DNA of 32,000 nucleotides from Candidatus Helarchaeota ASGARD archaeon Hel_GB_B (GTDB lineage Archaea; Asgardarchaeota; Lokiarchaeia; Helarchaeales; HEL-GB-B): NCBI GenBank assembly GCA_005191425.1, contig SUPR01000001.1, positions 40,380 to 72,379 of the forward strand, read 5' to 3'. Shown piece by piece: positions 27,465 to 32,000 of this stretch (position 1 is its first letter; each line of letters starts with the position of its first letter). The notes under the pieces were generated by a model. It saw only the letters and a program-made list of their open reading frames with translations, ran no database searches and was not told where the DNA came from. The position numbers and the translations under genes were made by a program.

Positions 27465-28604
27465 ATGATGGAAAATGATTATAAAATGGAGTTAGAAGCT
27501 CTACCATATTTTAAACAACATAAATCTTATCAAGTTTCTACACATGCCCATGATAGATTAGTTGCAAATTATGGACATTTAAAAAAGTTTTATGAACAAG
27601 GTATAAAACATAGAGATCATGTATCTATCGGCCCTGGAGAAACCTTCACATTCCCAGAAATGATTGGCCCCGGAAAAATTAACAATATATGGTTTACAGC
27701 AATGCCTATGATAAAAGCCAAAAAAGGACAACCTATGAAAGAGCCAAAAAGTATTTTAACTTTACTTAGACGCCCTAATTTATTAAAAAGAATAAATAAA
27801 TATCATAAATTCCCATTTTTATTAAAACATCTATATATTAGAATATATTTTGATAATTCTAAAACTCCAAGTGTTGACGCCCCTTTTGGTGTCTTTTTCG
27901 GCTCGGGATTTGGAGAGTACAAACATTTTATGTCTAGATATATTGGTATGACGGCAGGTTCTTACATTTGTCAATTTCATATGCCTTTTTGGAAAAAAGC
28001 TAAAGTAGAGATAGTTAATACATTAGAAGATAGAGGCATTTTGGCTTTTTTTGGAGCCATTACATATATGCGATATGATTCAGATAAATATCTCGAAAAT
28101 CAAGGATATTTTCATGCAAAATATTATAGTGAAGAACCTACTTCTGAAAAAAAACCATATACAATTCTTGATATACCTAATGGTAAAGGACATTTTATGG
28201 GTCTAGTTTTAAATACGCAGAGTTTAAAAAGAAAAAATGGCTTTTTAAATCTAGAAGGAAATATGGAAATCTATGTTGATGGAGAAACAGAACCTTCATT
28301 GGAATATACTGGGACTGAAGATGTATTTCAAGGTGCATGGTATTATACAAAATTGAGCACAAGAAATCAATCAGAATTTTATACTCCGTATCATGGACTG
28401 ACAGTTAAATCGTTAAATAAATGGGACACAATAATGGGATATTTACTTCAACCAAGAATACATTGTAAATCTAGTCAATATAGATTCTTTCCTGAAGGTA
28501 TACCATTTAAAAAAAGCTTTAAATGTATAATTCATCATGGAGAATTTGACGAAATCCCTTGTAATTATAATTCTGTAGCTTATTGGTATCAAAACACACC
28601 ATAA
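27465..28604 (+). CDS. DUF2961 / GH172 family protein
   Basis: GPGKI..IW, LRIYFD....PSV.AP.G.FFG, F.MPF.K.A, EG...IYVDGE..PS...TGTED.F..AW, SVAYWYQ. Confidence 0.88.
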   Translation: MMENDYKMELEALPYFKQHKSYQVSTHAHDRLVANYGHLKKFYEQGIKHRDHVSIGPGETFTFPEMIGPGKINNIWFTAMPMIKAKKGQPMKEPKSILTLLRRPNLLKRINKYHKFPFLLKHLYIRIYFDNSKTPSVDAPFGVFFGSGFGEYKHFMSRYIGMTAGSYICQFHMPFWKKAKVEIVNTLEDRGILAFFGAITYMRYDSDKYLENQGYFHAKYYSEEPTSEKKPYTILDIPNGKGHFMGLVLNTQSLKRKNGFLNLEGNMEIYVDGETEPSLEYTGTEDVFQGAWYYTKLSTRNQSEFYTPYHGLTVKSLNKWDTIMGYLLQPRIHCKSSQYRFFPEGIPFKKSFKCIIHHGEFDEIPCNYNSVAYWYQNTP

Positions 28605-28696
28605 TTTATTTCTTTTAATGATTGTTCAATATTTAATTAAATAATCTTAATAAAAATTAAGGAAATGTAATATTTAAAAATTAAAACATAGAATAG

Positions 28697-29968
28697 ATGT
28701 ACAATTATTATTATGGTGATAATATTTCAATGGATGTGAACAAAGAAATGTATAACAAGAATTTACCAAAACAAATTATGAATTTTAAATTAAAAGACTA
28801 TGTCGGAATATTAACTGGTGGTGGGCCTGCACCTGGATTAAATGCTACAATACAATCATTTGTTTATACTGCTTACGAAAATAATATAGGGGTTTTGGGT
28901 TTTCATGATGGGTATGCAGGTATTTTAAATAAAGACTTTAGTATTTTAGTTCCAGAAGCATTAGACCCTAACAGGACTCATATATCTTCTATAAATAATA
29001 TTAACGTAATAAGCGTTACAGGTATTGTGGGACAACCTGGTTCTATCCTACGAAATTCTAGGACAAATTTAATGAAGATAGAGGGTGGAATTAAAAAGGC
29101 TAAAGAAAACCTTGATGAATTAAATATTAGAGCTTTAGCATGCTTGGGCGGTGACGATACATTATCTGTCGCAAATGAACTAAATAAAAGTGGAATAAAT
29201 GTAGTAGGTGCACCAAAAACTATTGATAATGATGTACCTGGAACAGATTATTGTTTTGGATTTGATACGGCTATTAACGCAGTAGCAAACTTCATTAGAA
29301 ATTTATATTGGGATGCAAAAACAACTAATGGCGTAATGGTGGTAGAAACCATGGGAAGACGTGCAGGCTGGATTGCATTGGAAGGTGGAGCAGCAGGCGG
29401 CGCACACGCTATCTTAATTCCTGAGTTATATAGAGCTAAACATGAAAACCCGGACTTATACCCAGAATTGGAAGGATATAGAAATATTAATTTTAATATA
29501 GACTCTGTTGTCCAAATAATTGACCGCCGAATTAAAAGAGGAAAACATTATGCAATTGTTTGTGTTGCTGAAGGATATAATGATGAAATTCTCGAAAAAA
29601 TTGTCGAAAAAGAATCTAAAAATTTACCTAAAGATGAATTTGGACATGTAAGATTAGATAAACTTGGTATTGGAAAAATTGTTGCAGATTACATTTCAAA
29701 AAAATTAAATATAAGGACAAGAACAATCCAAACAGGCTACCTTTCAAGGTCTGCAAATACAAGCGCATTCGACGCATATATGTCTATAAACTATGGTATC
29801 AGATTAATGGAATTAATTCTTGAAAGGAATTATGGAAAAATGATTGTCATGGAACATGCCACATTTAATGTAAAAGACCTAGAAATTGCTACAAGAAAAA
29901 TTAGATACGTAAATCCCTGGAGGTTCAAAAATATTTCAAAATTTTGGAGCTGGACATTAACTGGATGA
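28697..29968 (+). CDS. pfp: PfkA-family phosphofructokinase, predicted pyrophosphate-dependent (start uncertain, possibly downstream)
   Basis: TGGGPAPGLNA, GSIL..SRTN, LGGDDT, PKTIDND, VETMGR.AGWIAL, DEFGH.RL; Asp in GGDD and Lys in PKTIDND. Confidence 0.88.
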   Translation: MYNYYYGDNISMDVNKEMYNKNLPKQIMNFKLKDYVGILTGGGPAPGLNATIQSFVYTAYENNIGVLGFHDGYAGILNKDFSILVPEALDPNRTHISSINNINVISVTGIVGQPGSILRNSRTNLMKIEGGIKKAKENLDELNIRALACLGGDDTLSVANELNKSGINVVGAPKTIDNDVPGTDYCFGFDTAINAVANFIRNLYWDAKTTNGVMVVETMGRRAGWIALEGGAAGGAHAILIPELYRAKHENPDLYPELEGYRNINFNIDSVVQIIDRRIKRGKHYAIVCVAEGYNDEILEKIVEKESKNLPKDEFGHVRLDKLGIGKIVADYISKKLNIRTRTIQTGYLSRSANTSAFDAYMSINYGIRLMELILERNYGKMIVMEHATFNVKDLEIATRKIRYVNPWRFKNISKFWSWTLTG

Positions 29969-30070
29969 TTTTTCACATATTTCAAAAATTAATAAAATAT
30001 TTTTAATTTTTTTAATTAAATATTTATCCTATACTCCTAAATATTAATATTTATTGCACTTAAAAAATTG

Positions 30071-30700
30071 TTAATAAATTTTTGAATGTATTTTATCAAC
30101 TGTCTCTTTATCATATTCAAGTTGGACATTTTTTAATTGTATTAAAAGTTCTTTTATCCTTTTACCAATCTGAATTGCAAACATTTTTCCCGTATCATCA
30201 TTTGTAACTCCTCCCTTCCTACCTGAGTTCCCAATTACTGTACCTGCATAAAACATCTGGTGCACTTCAAAAAAATTTCTTAACGCTTGAGCAGTAATTT
30301 CAGCACCGGCATTCCTTACAAATCCAACTACAACACCAGCTCCAATTTTTCCCTTCAAATTCGCATCCTTTCTGAATAAAACTGCACGACTCCGGTCAAT
30401 AAATGTTTTCATCCTACCTGAAACATTATAAATATAAACTGGACTCCCTAACACTATTGCATCTGCTTCTAATAATTTTGGATATATTTCGCTCATATCA
30501 TCATTTATTGGACATGGACCATGATTACATTCAAAGCAAGAAGTACAATAATTTAATTTTTTATCAGCTAATGTTATTATTTCAGTCTCAAACTCATTCC
30601 CTTTACCAGCAACCTTTAATACTCTCTCAACTAAATAATATGTATTCCGCGGCTCAACCCTATGACTTCCAACGATTCCAATAATCTTAAAATTGCCCAT
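30071..30700 (-). CDS. Iron-sulfur flavoprotein (Isf-like, NADPH-dependent FMN reductase fold)
   Basis: IVGSHR..NT, CTSCFEC....CPINDDM cluster motif, ADAIVLGSPVY...VSG.MK.FIDR, RNAG.E. Confidence 0.88.
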   Translation of the reverse strand: MGNFKIIGIVGSHRVEPRNTYYLVERVLKVAGKGNEFETEIITLADKKLNYCTSCFECNHGPCPINDDMSEIYPKLLEADAIVLGSPVYIYNVSGRMKTFIDRSRAVLFRKDANLKGKIGAGVVVGFVRNAGAEITAQALRNFFEVHQMFYAGTVIGNSGRKGGVTNDDTGKMFAIQIGKRIKELLIQLKNVQLEYDKETVDKIHSKIY

Positions 30701-30743
30701 TTATATATACACCTAATTAAAAAAAATATTAAAAATTAATTGT

Positions 30744-31334
30744 TTATGTCTTTTTAACTTTATTCTTAACTACCCAGTATAATATTTCAAATAACCCAAA
30801 AATTATTCCGATTAATAGAAATAGAAACTTTATCACTGAAAAAGATGATGTAATAAGAGGTACCAAATTCATTCCAGTTCCTGCTATATATGCAATCCTG
30901 TCCCCTAACATATATAATAACCCAACGTTTTCAAAAATATCACATATCGCTGCTATAAATGGAATAATTAACATTATTAAACCTATTTTTTGAAATTTAC
31001 CGCTAAATTTACGCGTAAAAAACAAAATTATCCCGTCTAATGTCAAGAAATACGCAGGAATATAACTGAAATAATCAAGATAAACTCCAATAGTCTGCTC
31101 TTGAAATATTATTGGATTGGTATTCCAAACAGTAAATATTTCCTTTATTGTCTGAGATGAAAACGCTAATTCAAAATTAAGTATTCCATAAGGAGTTGAA
31201 TTTGTATTCACTGGAAATATCTGAAAAACAACTGTCATTATTATAAAAACTATAAAAGCAACTATTGTTGCCCATTTCAATAATTTGTCTGAAGGCCTTT
31301 TTAAAAATATTTTTAACATATTTTTTGCTTCCAT
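30744..31334 (-). CDS. Hypothetical membrane protein
   Basis: About 4 TM helices, ILNFELAFS, YLDY, AAICDIFEN; conserved-looking but I cannot assign a function. Confidence 0.7.
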   Translation of the reverse strand: MEAKNMLKIFLKRPSDKLLKWATIVAFIVFIIMTVVFQIFPVNTNSTPYGILNFELAFSSQTIKEIFTVWNTNPIIFQEQTIGVYLDYFSYIPAYFLTLDGIILFFTRKFSGKFQKIGLIMLIIPFIAAICDIFENVGLLYMLGDRIAYIAGTGMNLVPLITSSFSVIKFLFLLIGIIFGLFEILYWVVKNKVKKT

Positions 31335-31552
31335 ATTTTTTATTATTATAGTTGAATTATCTTCTAAGTAAAATCAATTAATATTGGTATTAATTAAAAT
31401 TTTTCAATAATTTTAGAGATTTTTCAAATTCCACTTTTCGACAAAAATATATAAATGTTGATTCTATTTTTTCGGAAATATATTTTTTGATAAGATTTTT
31501 ATATATCTAGTGATATACAAGAGGTTAGCACGTTTCCGAGGCGGCTTAGAAG

Positions 31553-32000
31553 ATGTCTTCTACCTATAAATATTACGAAAGATTAATATACCATGTCAAT
31601 AGTACGAATGGCATTCTTGATATGCCAATCCTCTGTCCAAATACCAATAATGGGTGTTCTTCATTGAATATTAAGAAAAATGGGCATGACATGTCTACAA
31701 AATCCCTGTCCCAGAAATATTTTTGTAAAGATTGCGGACGGTCTTTTTATGCACATACCAGTTATTTTCATAACGAAATTTCGAGTTTAATTAACAAATT
31801 TATTATAAAACTATGTAATGGCGGTAGATTGGACTTAACTGGACTTTCATTTATACTTAAATGCGGTAATTCGTCCATTTCATTATTAATGAAAAAAGTA
31901 ATGACTTCAATTTATAATTCAGCCCGGATAAAAATGGCGTGGGCTTCCAAATTTGGCTCTAAACTTATTTTTGTCGATGAAACTTTTATTAAAATAAACA
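31553..32000 (+). mobile_element. IS6-like (Zn-ribbon + DDE) transposase, 5' part, runs off window end
   Basis: Not in the ORF track. Open frame from ATG 31553 (alternative ATG 31622): ...LCPNTNNGCSSLNIKKNGHD...QKYFCKDCGRSFY...LIFVDETFIKIN; Zn ribbon plus the first catalytic DET motif. Confidence 0.8.

Noticed and set aside
2262-30684. Other short track ORFs (2262, 4123, 5292, 5743, 12166, 16397, 17217, 21614, 23596, 26615, 30403)
   Set aside because: All overlap stronger genes on the other strand or frame and lack motifs.

Overview
Very AT-rich archaeal DNA. Gene content points to an Asgard archaeon (inferred, not verified): longin, gelsolin-like, roadblock and V4R-roadblock proteins, archaeal PoK/PPS CoA enzymes and an MfnA homolog. 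From left to right: (1) 3' end of aspartate kinase, a YdjM-like membrane hydrolase, a longin-domain protein, a VIT1 transporter, and ThrH divergent from an ACT protein plus homoserine dehydrogenase; (2) a gelsolin-domain (GelX-like) protein and an SCP2-SCP2-MmgE/PrpD operon; (3) a 7.8-kb convergent locus: a roadblock gene and two paralogous coiled-coil/Pro-rich/C-terminal-helix proteins face an operon of degenerate STAND-like ATPase-TPR, a 1123-aa TrmB with a giant internally duplicated helical insert, and a V4R-roadblock fusion; (4) a membrane-anchored purple-acid-phosphatase-like gene pair; (5) an isolated CARF + PIN gene pair with no CRISPR in the window; (6) a pantothenate/CoA operon (PoK, PPS, HPS-RraA, KPR, MfnA/ADC) with no panB in the window and an aldolase fusion in its midst; (7) a DUF2961/GH172 protein, a PPi-type PFK, an iron-sulfur flavoprotein, a membrane protein and a truncated IS6-like transposase. 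The best candidates for undescribed biology are locus (3), the possible PanB substitute in (6), and the orphan CARF-PIN pair. All family calls come from motif recognition by eye; no searches were run.
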